Shown: in pieces, positions 40,011 through 52,347 of the stretch | Layout: every line of letters starts with the position of its first letter | How positions within the stretch are numbered: position 1 is the first letter of the stretch | Source: Chiloscyllium plagiosum | Taxonomy: Eukaryota | Length of the DNA: 64,000 nucleotides | Assembly: GCF_004010195.1 (NCBI RefSeq) | Contig: NC_057718.1 | Span: 15,543,416 to 15,607,415 of the forward strand | Reading direction: 5' to 3' | Made by a program: the position numbers and the translations under genes | Notes under the pieces: model-generated | Seen by the model: only the letters and a program-made list of their open reading frames with translations | Databases searched by the model: none | Told to the model about the DNA's origin: nothing

Positions 40011-40237
40011 TGTTGTGGTTCTGTTCGCCGAGCTGGGAATTTGTGTTGCAGACGTTTCGTCCCCTGTCTAGGTGACATCCTCAGTGCTTGGGAGCCTCCT
40101 GTGAAGCGCTTCTGTGATCTTTCCTCCTGCATTTATAGTGGTTTGAATCTGCCGCTTCCGGTTGTCAGTATTCCCAGCTCGGCGAACAGAACCACAACAA
40201 CGAGCACCCGAGCTACAAATCTTCTCACAAGTTTTGA
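40011..40237. mobile_element. Penelope-derived mini-element, family C
   Basis: 30-bp inverted arms 40011-40040 and 40170-40199 plus tail; 12-bp TSD atgactcatatc at 39999-40010 and 40238-40249. Confidence 0.8.
40048..40087 (-). ncRNA. Minimal hammerhead ribozyme, third family
   Basis: Minus strand gca-CTGAGGA-t-gtcacct(agac)aggggac-GAAA-cg-TC-tgc; stem I gca/tgc. Confidence 0.72.
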
Positions 40238-40575
40238 ATGACTCATATCCTATTCCACATTTGGTAGACTGTATTGAAAAGGTAGGCCAAGCAACTTATA
40301 TTTCTAAGTTCTGTTTAGGAGGATACTGGCAGGTACCTTTATCTGAAGAGTAAAGGACTTTTCAGCTTTTGTGAGACTGAATGAACCATACCAGTTTAAC
40401 ATCATGCTGCTTGGGACAGTATTAAGAATGTGCAGCCACATTTCAAAGACAAACCAATATGTCACGTACATAGACGATCTAGTGATTTTTAATCAAACGT
40501 GGAATGAACATTTGGAGCATTTATCAGAATTGGTCGATCAACTTTGGGAGGCAGGCTTGGTGACAAACCTCGCTA

Positions 40576-40814
40576 AGAGGCAACTTTTTCACTCAGAGGG
40601 TGTTGCATGTGTGGAATGGGCTGCCAGAGGAAGTGGTGGAGGCTGGTACAATTGCAACATTTAAAAGGCATCTGGATGGCTATATGAATAGGAAGGGTTG
40701 GAAGGGATATGGGCTGGGTGCTGGCAGGTAGGACAAGATATGGTTGGGATATCTGGTTGGCATGGACAAGTTGGAGCGAAGGGTCTGTTGCCGTGCTTTG
40801 GATCTCTGACTCTA
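40576..40814 (+). mobile_element. HER1/CR1 3' fragment inside Gypsy RT
   Basis: HER1 tail; taagag repeated at both ends. Confidence 0.8.
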
Positions 40815-40821
40815 TAAGAGT

Positions 40822-42247
40822 GTGCTCACAATAGGTAGAGGTTTTATATCGCCACCCCCATTTCCGTGGCCACCACCAACGGGGTGAAGTCTAGGAATTT
40901 TAGGATTGGTAGGGGTAAATGGCAAGGCTGCCCCCTCTCACCACTGTTTACGTTGGTGATAGAGCCACTGGCAGAGGCCATTGGTCAGAACGTCCACATA
41001 ACCGCTCTGGAAGTGGGATCAAGGACACACAAGATTACACTGTATGCGGATGATGTCCTTCTGTTTTTAATCGAACCTGGTGACTTCCATACCCCATTTG
41101 ATACAATGTATCAATTCATTTGGGACTATTTCAGGATATAAGATCAACTTTGCAAAATCGGAGGCTATGCCTTTGGGGAACCTTAAAGATGTGCCAGAAG
41201 TTGAAGGTGGCCCTAGGTTCCCTTTTAAGTGGTCATGGGCAGGGTTCCGATACTTAGGCATTTTTATTACCCCCAAGTTTGATCTGTTATTTCAGACTAA
41301 CTTTGCTCACTTGCGCGACAATATTAGGCGAAATTTCCAGAGATGGGAGGCTCTTCCAATTTCATGGGTGGGCCGAATACCTCTCATTAAGATGAACATT
41401 CTTCCTAGTTTGCTTTATCCCATGCGTTTGCTCCCTATAATGTTTCCCAGGTCAACGTTGCGGAGGCTTATGGGATGGTTTGGTTCCTTTGTCTGGCATA
41501 GTGGGCAGCCTCTCATCAAACTAACTAAATTGCAATTGCCTCAAGGAGGGAGAGGAGTTGATTTCCCAGACATCAGGAGGTATCAATTGAGTTCCCTGCT
41601 GTCCTTTGTCTGCGATTGGGTAAGTAACGATTCAAACTCAATATGGCTGGATACTGAGGCCGCCCAAGCAAAGTGCCCTTTTATTAATCTGTTGTTCATG
41701 GATGAGGACAGTTATGGACCACTGCCAGAACCCCATTGTCATTAGTACAGTCAAGGCATGGAGAGTGATGAGTCAGAGTGAAGGTTGACATCCAAGACTT
41801 TGCCACTTACACCTATAATTGGCATGCCAGTGTTCCGACCAGGGATGACAGACTCAGGGTTCAAACTATGGGCAGGGAGAGGAGTCTCTCGTTTGGGAGA
41901 CTTGTTTGAGGGGAGATTATGATGTCTTTTGAGCAACTGAGCCGCAAATACAGGTTGCCCAGGAGAGATCTTTTCCGTTTCTTTCAGGTTAGGGATTTCA
42001 TCCAGAAGACTACGCTTCTCACTTAGCCCTACAAGCCCGATACAGAGAGGCTGTTGCTACGTTTCACAAGCACCCTTTTGGTTAGTGCCCTCTAGCACTT
42101 GCTAGATGGAAGGGCCTGGCAGGATATTAGTTGTATTGTAATTTGTGGGGTTTTTTTTACTGATATTAGTTATAAAATTATTGAAAAATACAATCAATAA
42201 GTTTGTAAAGTTAAAAAAATTTGCTAATAAATATATTTACAAAAAAG
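40822..42247 (+). mobile_element. 5'-truncated L1-clade LINE
   Basis: RGKWQGCPLSPL, ITLYADDVLLFL, GYKINFAKSE, FRYLGI, IKMNILP; aataaa and A-rich tail near 42225-42246. Confidence 0.85.
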
Positions 42248-43421
42248 TTATTAGAAAATTTTCCATACCATCGATGAAGAGGGAAGCATTACAATTCCTG
42301 GGACTGAGTGGTTTTGATCGAAATTTCGTGCCAAGTTTTAGCAGTGTAGTTGCTGCATTGACTGACCTGAAGTGTAGGAAATTTTATTGGATAGAAAAGA
42401 GTCTCAGAGGAATTTGAGAACCGAAAAGCTGCATTGACCACTGCTCCTGTATTAGCAACACCTAACTACACAAAGACATGCAAGATGGCTTTCAATGTGA
42501 GTGATGCGTGTTGGTGAAGTACTCCTGCAAGCTGATAAGAGAATAGGAAGACCTATCAATTTTCTGGAAAAATAAATCAACAGAAATATTCCACAATTGA
42601 GAAAGAGACCTTAAATCTGGTGTTGGTGTGCAACATTTATGTTGCCAGCAATGTATCTGAGACAATTGCACATACTGATAACCCCTATAGCTTTTGGGGA
42701 AAGAAAAAAATCAAGCAAAAAATTCCAGACGGTTTAGATTGCAGTCATTCGATTTGAAAATTATACAAATGGCAAGTTGAGAGAACATTGTAGACGCAGC
42801 GTCACAACTCTGTGAAGACAGAGGCTTTCAGCGACAGAAAAAACAGATTGAAATGGACTGATAGCAGAAGAATAAAGGATTTTTGAAAATAAAGCCATCT
42901 TTGTATGTTGATTCATTTTTTTTGGCGGGGGGGGGGGGGAGGAGAAGAAAGCTGAGACAAAACTGTGGCTTTAAGAAATTTAGTTTATTCTGCTTTTTTT
43001 TAAAAATGAAGAGGCTGTGTCAGCGGTGATGAGCAGCCTGTTCCAAGCCAATAAACAGATTGTGAGGCCTTGGAATTAAAAAAAAAATGAAAAATAGAAA
43101 CAGCATGAAGAAGTGGGTTCAAGTTTAACTTTGAGTAGCTGTTGGGGTTTGGAAGCTGCTGTACATCTTTCCCTGTTACAGCAAAATGCTTGAATTCTCA
43201 GAGTTTGCTCTTTATGTTCTTTCCTCCTGAACTGCAAAATTGCATGTGAGAATCAATTTTACTGAATTTGCCTTTGCCAAGGATGTGTCTATGGGATACT
43301 ATTATACTGGAATAGTTGCTGCTTGTAGTTAAATAATCTATTCTAGTTGCATAACTGCTTATTATAAGCAACAGATATTTGAAGTTATTGATGTGAAATT
43401 ACAATTTGGAAAATTTGAGAG

Positions 43422-43775
43422 GGGTGATGACTCAGTGGCATTATCACCAGAGTACTGATCCAGAGACCCGAGTAACGTTCTGGGAACACATGTTAGAAAC
43501 TCACCACGACAGATGGTGGAATGTGGAAGTCTGGAATTAAGATTCTCATGTTGATTATGAAACCGTTGTCAACTGTTTAGAGAGAAAAGAAAAAAATCTG
43601 GTTCACTAATGTCCTTTAGGGAAAGAAACTGCCATGCTAACCTGGTCTTGCCTACATATAACTCTAGATTCACAGCAAAGCAGTTGACACTTAACTGTCC
43701 TCAGGGCAATTAGAGTTGGGCAATAAATGTTGACCTGGCTAGTAATGCTCATATCCAATGAATGAATAAATAAAC
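43422..43775 (+). mobile_element. Old SINE with LINE-derived tail (relatives at about 4780-5100 and 13400-13745)
   Basis: ggttcactaatgtcctttagggaa; agggcaattagagttgggcaataaatg tail. Confidence 0.6.
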
Positions 43776-44999
43776 AAAAAGGGAACGAATAAGGGGGAAA
43801 AATTGAAACGGAAAAGATCAGTTAAGACAAATGCAAACTATTAAATAGGAGATCTATCTAATGACAATAAATAAAGAATAGAACAACTCCATTGTAAAGA
43901 AATTTCGGCAATCTTTTTATTTTTTTTAAAATCTGCCTGACTTACCAGTATTTGCTGAGCTCTCTCAGTTTTGTTGTATGATTTATAGCAGCACGCCAAG
44001 CATATCTTGATGAAAACCAAAAACATGATACAAGCATTGTGACAAAAGTAAATAACGCGATGCAGCATCACGTGACATAAAATTAGTATGTTACAAGGTT
44101 CAGTGTGATACCTGGGCTAGACTTCAAATGCATGTTTGGCTATCTTGTAAAGGAGCGTAAACAAAAATAGGAAAGAGGAAAAAATAATATCTTCAATAAA
44201 AAACATTTCCTACATTTTAAAAATAATTGCAGATAAAATTGTCAGCTTCTTCTCCCTTTCCAAATCATAGACATGCATTGTTGCCAATATTCATCCACTG
44301 GAAACTTTGTGCCTGCATTAAATGTGAGCAAAGATTTGAAATGACAACATCCATGGAATGAGAAAATGGCTTATTACACCAAAGCTATTTCCTGATGAAG
44401 AGTTACTGACTTCATGCTATTAGTAGAGATGTGGGATAAATGAACTATACATCAATTATAACTTATTCTCTTTTCATGAAAGCTGAGACATAAGATAGCT
44501 CAAGGTAGCCAAGCACCACTTTGAACTGTGCCTCAGATTACTGACAATCTTATCATGTCTCTAAAATGATTGTTAAAAACAAATTTTTTTAGAGATGCAC
44601 AACTGCATATATGGTACCATTTACCCAATTGGCAAAATGTTCCATCACAAAAATGCAAAAACATATCAAACTGCCAAGTATACATTTTATTTATAACTTC
44701 CCTAAAATGTCAAAAATATTTACATTTAATCATTTTATATACGTTAATAAAATGTAAGATTCATTACAAAATTAAGATGAGAAACATTCGCCTAAAAACA
44801 AAAATAGCAGTTACATACTCCATACGGAGCTACAGTTCCCCTTACAGACCATTTGTTCATGAAATGTTAAAATAATTTATATAAATTATTTTCCGAAAAT
44901 TGGATGAACTTCAGAAATTCGCTCAGTTCTGTATACTGTATAACTCTTATATATAAACTGCATCCAAGTATTAAATCGATAAAACAGTAAAACTTTTCA

Positions 45000-45213
45000 C
45001 TATTTGTGTCGGTTTACTTTTCTGCGTGTGACAGGCTTTCGGAACACAGGGATCAGTTTTTTCCTCTTACAACGAAGTGTCATTTTGTGTTCTACAGGTT
45101 CAGCATCATCATTCCCTCCTCTTTTGCTGGACCGTGTCTCCAAAGGACTTGCTAAAGGAGAAAGAAATTCAAGTTCCACTTGTGGAGCCACCCCTGAAGC
45201 CTTCTTAGCTTTC
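45000..45213 (-). CDS. AHCTF1: AHCTF1/ELYS terminal coding exon (...VELEFLSPLASP...KPVTRRKVNRHK*)
   Basis: ttggcag| acceptor, phase 2, stop TAG at 45000-45002; SPLASP and terminal RRK motifs as I recall them from the ELYS C-terminus; adjacent to KIF28. Confidence 0.8.
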
Positions 45214-45392
45214 CTGCCAAACAGAAACAATCATGGTGTTAAAACACACAAATTTCACATTAAGTCATTCATGTTTTCAACACATCAACAAAAATCAAGG
45301 TCAATCTTCTTCCTCAGTAATGCAGAATTGTAAATTAAAAGCATCATTTTATGCTACTTTGCAATGTTTATTTTTGAAGAATTAGATGTTAC

Positions 45393-45541
45393 CTTGGAGT
45401 CCCTCTTACTCGGAGTCTTGTAGTTCTGCTTCTTGTATTCATCTTCTCTTCCTCCTCTTCCTCGTGTTTTTTACTTTTCTCCTCTTGCTGTGTTTTAGCC
45501 ACCCTTACTTTGGGGACATTATCGTCCAAAACAGCCAACTC
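45393..45541 (-). CDS. AHCTF1: AHCTF1/ELYS penultimate exon (ELAVLDDN...RLRVRGTP)
   Basis: 149 nt, phase 0-2, tgtcag| and |gtaaca. Confidence 0.78.
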
Positions 45542-45971
45542 CTGACATTCACACAAATGAAAATTCACAACAAAATTATTACATTGCTTACCAAAATGCA
45601 CAATTATTATTACACAGCCAATTACCTTCGGTATTATTAATACTAAACATGGTTAGGACATCAACCAAGACAGTTCATAAATAAAAGACAAATGTGGTTA
45701 TTTAATATCTAAAGCTTAATTGTTGTACAGAGGTCAGAGCATAAACCAGGAATGAGGGAGAAAGTAAAAGCCATTCAACCCACAGTCATTTATTGACTGT
45801 GCAACCTCCCTCCAACCCCTAAAATGCTCATCTACAATTTAGGTTCAATTTAAATTTTACCCACTAGCCCCAAGAATTAAACTGAAATATTCTTATTTTT
45901 ACATATCCTGTATAATAATAGTTTTCAGATAAACAATCTTTGTACTAGATCCTAAAAGATGATTTGTTTAC

Positions 45972-46093
45972 CTGCTCTTTTACCATCTGAGAGACTGCTT
46001 TGCTGGTCCTCCTTCTGGATCTTGTTAGAGGAGTAGAAAAAGCAAATTCTGGTGGCGGCTGCACAGAAGACTCCTGTAACACTGTTTTCTGAA
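45972..46093 (-). CDS. AHCTF1: AHCTF1/ELYS exon (QKTVLQESSVQPPPEFAFSTPLTRSRRRTSK...EQ)
   Basis: 122 nt, phase 1-0, ttaatag| and |gtaaac; phases bridge the flanking exons; missed by the ORF track. Confidence 0.75.
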
Positions 46094-48727
46094 CTATTAA
46101 CAATAAAATTGGAAACAAAAACTGTTAATGAATGGTCAATTAAAAAATGACAAGTTCATTATATTCAGGAAGTGAAATTCCAAACATATTTAAACACAGT
46201 TTGTTAAAAGATTCAAAGTAATCAACAGATGCAAAAACTTCAATGTGCCATAGAAAAATCACGCACCCATTAGTAGTAAATTGAAGACGTCAGCAACCTA
46301 CTCAAACACTGATTAAAGTTTTGTTTTTGCGACAGGTCTTGGATAAGTTTGGCTTGCTATTTTAAATACAAACCTGGAGGCAGGAGAAGGCCCCTTCAGC
46401 CTGCTCCATCAATCTAGATCATGACAGATCATTCACCTTAACACCATTTTCCCAATTTTCTGTCTCCATATTCCTTGACGTTATTAGTATCTAGCAATCT
46501 ATTGTTCTCTGTCTCAAATATACTCACTGACAGACCTTTCACAACTCACTTGGTTAGTGAATTCCAAAGGTTCACTATCTTCTTCGTGAAGATATCCATT
46601 TAACCCCAAAAATGTTTTGCCCTTATTTTGAGATTGTGTTCGATACCCACCCAATAATCACAGTTAACATTCTTTCTGTTTTCACCCTGTCAAATCCTGT
46701 GTTACGTTCTTATTTGCATAATTGTGAAGTGAATCTAGATTCCGTTTTTCCCCAAGGCTCTAATATCATCTGTTGATGAATGTTGAAAATAAAATACACA
46801 TTTTGCTGAAGCGTTTTGTGTACCCATCAGGACAATTCACAAGAAATGCCAAAATGTAAAGGGAAAATACTCTTACGATAAGAGAAGAAAGTATCGATTG
46901 GTTGCAAAGTGAATTGACTGGTAGAGGCATATCCCCCAAGCTGCTCACAAGGTACTGACCGATACCCAACTATACAATGCTTGCAAATCTGTTAACAGTG
47001 TCCAACATTATTAAATACTGTCCAATCATGGAACTATGCCTAATGAGAAGACTGACGCTGTCAACTAATTTAGGATTATCAATAAAGCTCAGTGTGGCAC
47101 ACTTGTGGACTAGAAACTATATTATACATACACATTGTGCCTGCTTCAAATCAATGAACAGGTGATAACCATTCTTTGGTTTATTTCTCAGAGCAATGCC
47201 TTGATTAGTGTTAACCTGTCCGTTCAAAATTTAAACACCAAAATAACTCCACTATGGAAGGATTGCCTTACGAGCATGTTAGGATTCAATTCACGGGAGT
47301 TTAGAAGAACGAGATGTTATCTCAGAAGTATATCTTAAGGGGCGTGACAGGGTAATCGCTGAAAGGATGTCCTGTAATGATTGCGTTTGGGACCAAGTGC
47401 AAAGTCTCAAGAGTTAAATGGCACTAATTTGAGACTACATTGAGGAGGAATTTCTTCTCAGAGGTTTGAGTGTCTTCAGAACTCACAGAGAGCTGGGGAG
47501 CAGAGTCCTTCTGTCTATTTAAGGTTGAGATCAATCATGATCGATAGAAAAATCAAGTTTTACAGGGAAAATGCAGGAAAGTAGACATGAAGAATGTTGA
47601 ATCAGGCATGGTCTTATGAATAACAGAGCAGGCTTCAGATGCTGAATGGCCTACTCTTATTTCATATGGTCTTACACTGACCTTCTGATAATCTATTTCA
47701 AGATGGTGTGTAATTTGGAAGAGAACCAGAATAATCAAGTCTTTGGTCATCTGCCCCAGTATCACTGTGTTACAGTGTTTTAAGTTTTGCTTTATGACAC
47801 TCCTGTGAAGTAAAGCAGGGCCTTATTATTATAAAAATGGTACATAAATACATGCTGTTGCTGTGTTCACTTGTGCCTACTGTGCTCATCTTTCTAGATG
47901 GTAGAAAGCTTCTGCCAAAGAACCCATAGCTAGTTGCAGCATGCGCCTTGTGGCCAATGTGTCTATAGTACAATTCACACTGCTGCATATGAATGTTTAA
48001 GGTGATAGATGAGGAGCTGAATCAATAGCTTGAAGTGTCAATACGTTAGTAACAAATATTGAAACACATGATACATGAAGTAACAGATAAAGAGAGTAGG
48101 AATAATCACAAAATATGGTCGAGGTATTTAATGAATGTTTTGCTTCTGACATTAACAAAAAGGAAGATAGTGACAATGGCCTAGTTGAAAGCAAATGACC
48201 ATATAGTGATAGATAAAGAAGAGATGCTGAAAAGGTTGACAGCACTCCAGATACAGAAGTCACTAGGCCCAGATGGGAGGCATCCCAGATAGCTGAGAGA
48301 GGCAAGGGAGAAAATTGCAGAACAGTCAACAGAAATTTCCAGGCCTCTGAACACAGGATTAGTCCCCAGGGACTAGAGGATTGCAAATATGACACTGTTG
48401 TTTAATAAAGGGGCAAAGGATAACCCAGGGATGACAGACCTGTTAGACTGACATCAATAGTGAGAATATTGATGCAGACCATAATATGGGATAAGATAAA
48501 TATATACTTTGAGAAAAATAAGCTAAGACCAACATGCCTCTCAGATTTAACTGAGATCTTTGACAAGGTGACACAGGCAGTGGCTGAGGACAGTGCTGTG
48601 GCCGTTGACAGATGTGGACTTTCAGAAAGAATCTGATAACAGTGCCATATGGCAGGTTGGTAAGCAAATTAGAAATTTAAAAATCACACAACACCAGGTT
48701 ATAGTCCAACAGGTTTAATTGGAAACA

Positions 48728-48762
48728 CACTAGCTTTCGGAGCGACGCTCCTTCATCAGGTG
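48728..48762 (-). ncRNA. Minimal hammerhead ribozyme, inverted copy
   Basis: Exact reverse complement of 48871-48905. Confidence 0.8.
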
Positions 48763-48870
48763 ATAGTGGAGGGCTCGATCGTAACATAGAATATATAGCA
48801 AAAATTTGTATAGCAGGCAAGCAGGAAAGATCCCGAATATATTCTGTGTTACGATCGAGCCCTCCACAAT

Positions 48871-48905
48871 CACCTGATGAAGGAGCGTCGCTCCGAAAGC
48901 TAGTG
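48871..48905 (+). ncRNA. Minimal type I hammerhead ribozyme (Penelope-type)
   Basis: cac-CTGATGA-a-ggagc(gtc)gctcc-GAAA-gc-TA-gtg: stem I cac/gtg, 5-bp stem II, palindromic AGCT stem III. Confidence 0.8.
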
Positions 48906-51256
48906 TGCTTCCAATTAAACCTGTTGGACTATAACCTGGTGTTGTGTGATTTTTAACTTTGTACACCCCAGTCCAACACCGGCATCTCCGAATCAAATTA
49001 GAAATATTTTGGAATGATGGATTCTAGGTAGAATGGATTAGAAATCGGTTAATAGATAGGAAACAGTGGAATATAATTAGAATCTGATGGGGAGCAGGTG
49101 GATGATAGATTGGCATTTCTCAGACTGAGACAAGTTGAAAGTGGTGTTCCTCAGGGATCAGCACTTGGTCCTTGGCTTTTTCTAGTTTACTTAAAAAATT
49201 TGCAGAAGGGTGTTTAGGACGAAATCTCCAAATTTGCAGCTGATATTAAGCTAGGGAGAATAGTGAATTATGAGAGCGATGCGGAGCAATTCCAGAGGGA
49301 CATTGTCAAGTTGGCCAAATGTGCAGATGAATTTCATTGTAGAGAAAGGTAAGGTAAAAGCAGCAAAGAAAATATAGGCTCAAATGGTACAAATTTGAAG
49401 ACAGCACAAGAGCAGCTAACGTCAGGGTTCAAGTGCACAATTCTCTAAAGGCAAGTTGAAATAGTTAAGGAAACTTATAGTATCCTTGGAACTTTAAAAG
49501 GAGGCAGAGAGCATAAAGGCAAGGAAGTGATATTACACATTTACAAATTGTTGGTCAAGCCACATTTGGAGTACTGCGTTCAGTTCTGGGCAACTTAACG
49601 AAGGATGTTAAAGCCCAGGAGAGAGCACAAGGAGATTTACTAGAATGATACCAGGAAAGAGGGAATTTAGATAGAAGGAAAAATTAGAGCAATTAGATGG
49701 ATTCTCCTTGGAGCAGAGAAGATTAGAAGAGGTGGCCATATTGAGGTGTTCAAAATTATGGACAATTTTGACAGAGGAAAGAAGGATATTCTGCTTCCAC
49801 TAGATGGTATGGCAGTAACTAGGGGTCAAAATTTCAAGACTGTCAGAGAGCTAGGTGTGAGGTGAAGAGGAGCTTCTTTACTTAGTGCTGCTAGGATTTG
49901 GAATACACTACTTGAGAATGTGAAGAAGGCAGATTCCATGGTTCTCAAAAGAGAGCTCAATATATATTTGAAATTAATGAAATGAGTGTGTGTTACGGAG
50001 AAAGGGCTGGAGAATGGGACTAGCGAGGTAGCTCTTTTGGGAGGTAGTACAGAATGGCCTCCTTATGTACTGTAAAATTCTAATGATTCTTAAATCTGTT
50101 GTTTAACACTGATCATGCATCAGTTGCTGGATACTCTATTTCAGAAAGAATGTACAGCTCTGAAATAATATAATCAACACTGTACAAGTATTCACTAAAA
50201 TACTAGACAAATGGCTGCCATCGTTACAAAGAAAATATTGAAGTATTAACTTCCAACTGAATCATAGAAGACAAAGAAGGAACTGAATTTTCAAAAGCGA
50301 GGGCTTAAGTAGTGAAAGTTTGATGTCACTGATTTGAAAGTTAGTAGGAGAGCACAACATTTTGGAATATAATTAGATTCTGATGGGGAGCAGGTGGATC
50401 AAAATGGTCATTTGTACACTTGTCCTCATTACTGACATTAAGGTTACCTGCCAGTTCTTTAGGACAATGTCAGTTTCAAAGAGAAAGTAAATACAGTCAA
50501 TACCTCTGCTATTGTTTCACAATGAATCCCCTTTGATCTGCTGTCAATTGTTAAGTCTGATTAAATTAAAAATTAGTTTTTTCAATTCTTAAATGTACAG
50601 CCATTATTTCTTCCATATAGTCCACTCATGGTACACCATTAACTTTTATCAACATAGGCAAAATACTTGTAAAACAACCCTGTGTTCCTTAATGTCCATG
50701 AAAGAGTGCTTTGCTTATTCACTATTAAATACTTTCTTTAAACTTCAATTTGCAACCTGTCCTGTAACAAACAATGAACACCTACCAGCATAGTCTTCAC
50801 TGACTTTCACAGGCCACTGGACCCAGCATTTTAAATTAAAAATTTCAAACCTACAACACCCCTAACCTCCTATTCCACCCCAAACTTCATAAGATAACTG
50901 CTCTCCTCTATTTCTGGCTTTGTGTATTCCCAGTTTTAATTACTCCAACATTAGAAGCCATGCCATCAGTTTGAAGGCTCTAAATTCTCTCTCTAAATCT
51001 CTGTAATTCAGATTTAAGTGCGACCCTGAAACCTGCTGTCTTGACCAAACTATCCTGAAATTCCACCTTGTCTTGGTTTATTTGTTAATACTATGAATAA
51101 CCTTCAGGATGTTAAGGGTGTTTAAGAACCCATGTCATTGTAAAGAGCAGTCGACACAGATCTTGTTTGCATGAGTACCTAATTAAAATCGGAGTACCAA
51201 TTTGAAAATCTCAGTCAGTATCAACAGGATTGTTGGTGACACCAATGATACATAGT

Positions 51257-52347
51257 GAATCATAGTGTCACAGATGTACAGCACGGAAACAGACCCTTTG
51301 ATCCAACTCGTCCATGCAGACCAGATATCCTAAATAAATCTAGTTCTATTTGCCATCATTTGGTCCATATCCCTCTGAACCCTTACTATTCATATACCCA
51401 TCCAGATGCCTTTTCAATGTTGTCACTGTACCAGCCTCTACCACTTCCTCTGGTAACTCATTCTGTACAAACACCACTGTCTGTATGAAAAAGTTGCCCC
51501 TCCGGTTCCTTTTTATAACTTTCCCCTTCTCACTTTAAAAATGTACGCCCTTCCCCATCTAAGGGGAAAGGCCTCGTCTAAATTACACAATCATGCTCCT
51601 CATGATTTTATGAGCCTTTTTAAGGTCACCTTTCACCTCCGACACTCCAGGGAAAATAGTCTATTCAGCCTCTCCCTATAGCTCAAATCTCCAGCCCTGG
51701 CAACATCCTTGTAAATCTTTTCTGAACCCTTTCAAGTTTCACAACATCTTTCCTATAGGAGGGAAATCAGAACTGCATGCAACTCTCCAAAAGTAATCTA
51801 ACCAATGTCCCATTCTGTACTGCTGTAACATGACCTGCCAACTCCCATACTCAATGCACTGACCACTAAAGGCAAGCATACCATATGCCTTCTTCACTAT
51901 CTTATCTACCTGCAACTCCACTTTCAAGGAACAATGAACCCGCACTCTAAGGTCTCTTTGTTCAGCAACATTTCCCAGGACCTTACTATTAAGTGCATTG
52001 GTCATGCCCTGATTTGCCTTTCCAATATGCAGCACCTCGCATATATCTTAATTAAACTCTATCTGCCACTCCTCGGCCTATCTGATTAAGATCCTGTTGT
52101 ACTCTGAGGTAATCTTCTTCGCTGTTCACATCTCCAAATCATTTATATAAATGATGAAAATCAGTGGACCCAGCAGCGATCCTTGTGGCACACCACTGGT
52201 CACAGGTCTTCATTCTGAAAAGCAACCCTCCACTACCTGTCTTCACACCAGTTGTGTATCCAAATGGCTAGTTCTCCCTGTATTCTATGTGACCTCATCT
52301 TGCTAATCAGTCTACTATGAGGAACTTATCGATTGACTTATTGAAGT
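51257..52347 (-). mobile_element. HER1/CR1 3' portion
   Basis: EQRDLRVRVH, KKAYGMLAF; HER1 tail. Confidence 0.88.

Larger units (their letters stand above)
38100..43345 (+). mobile_element. Degenerate Gmr1-type Gypsy LTR retrotransposon (gag knuckle-PR-IN-RT-RH-PPT-LTR) with nested inserts
   Basis: GHVKSQCW about 38295; ILRDTGASQ about 38540; AHELPVGGQLGIRKTQAKI..WPG..CQTCHTC 39445-39580; YIDDLVIF 40467; YSTIEKE about 42587; purine tract 42924-42950. Confidence 0.8.
48677..48993. mobile_element. Palindromic Penelope-derived mini-element, family A
   Basis: 120-bp inverted arms 48677-48796 and 48837-48956, 37-bp tail; 12-bp TSD caaattagaaat at 48665-48676 and 48994-49005. Confidence 0.85.
48080..50095 (+). 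mobile_element. Old CR1 ORF2 fragment interrupted by a Penelope mini-element
   Basis: SGVPQGSALGP, KFAADIK, LVKPHLEYCVQFW remnants. Confidence 0.8.

Noticed and set aside
43900..44999. AHCTF1 poly(A) signals (minus-strand AATAAA near 44686 and 43916)
   Set aside because: AT-rich region with several candidates; the used site cannot be chosen
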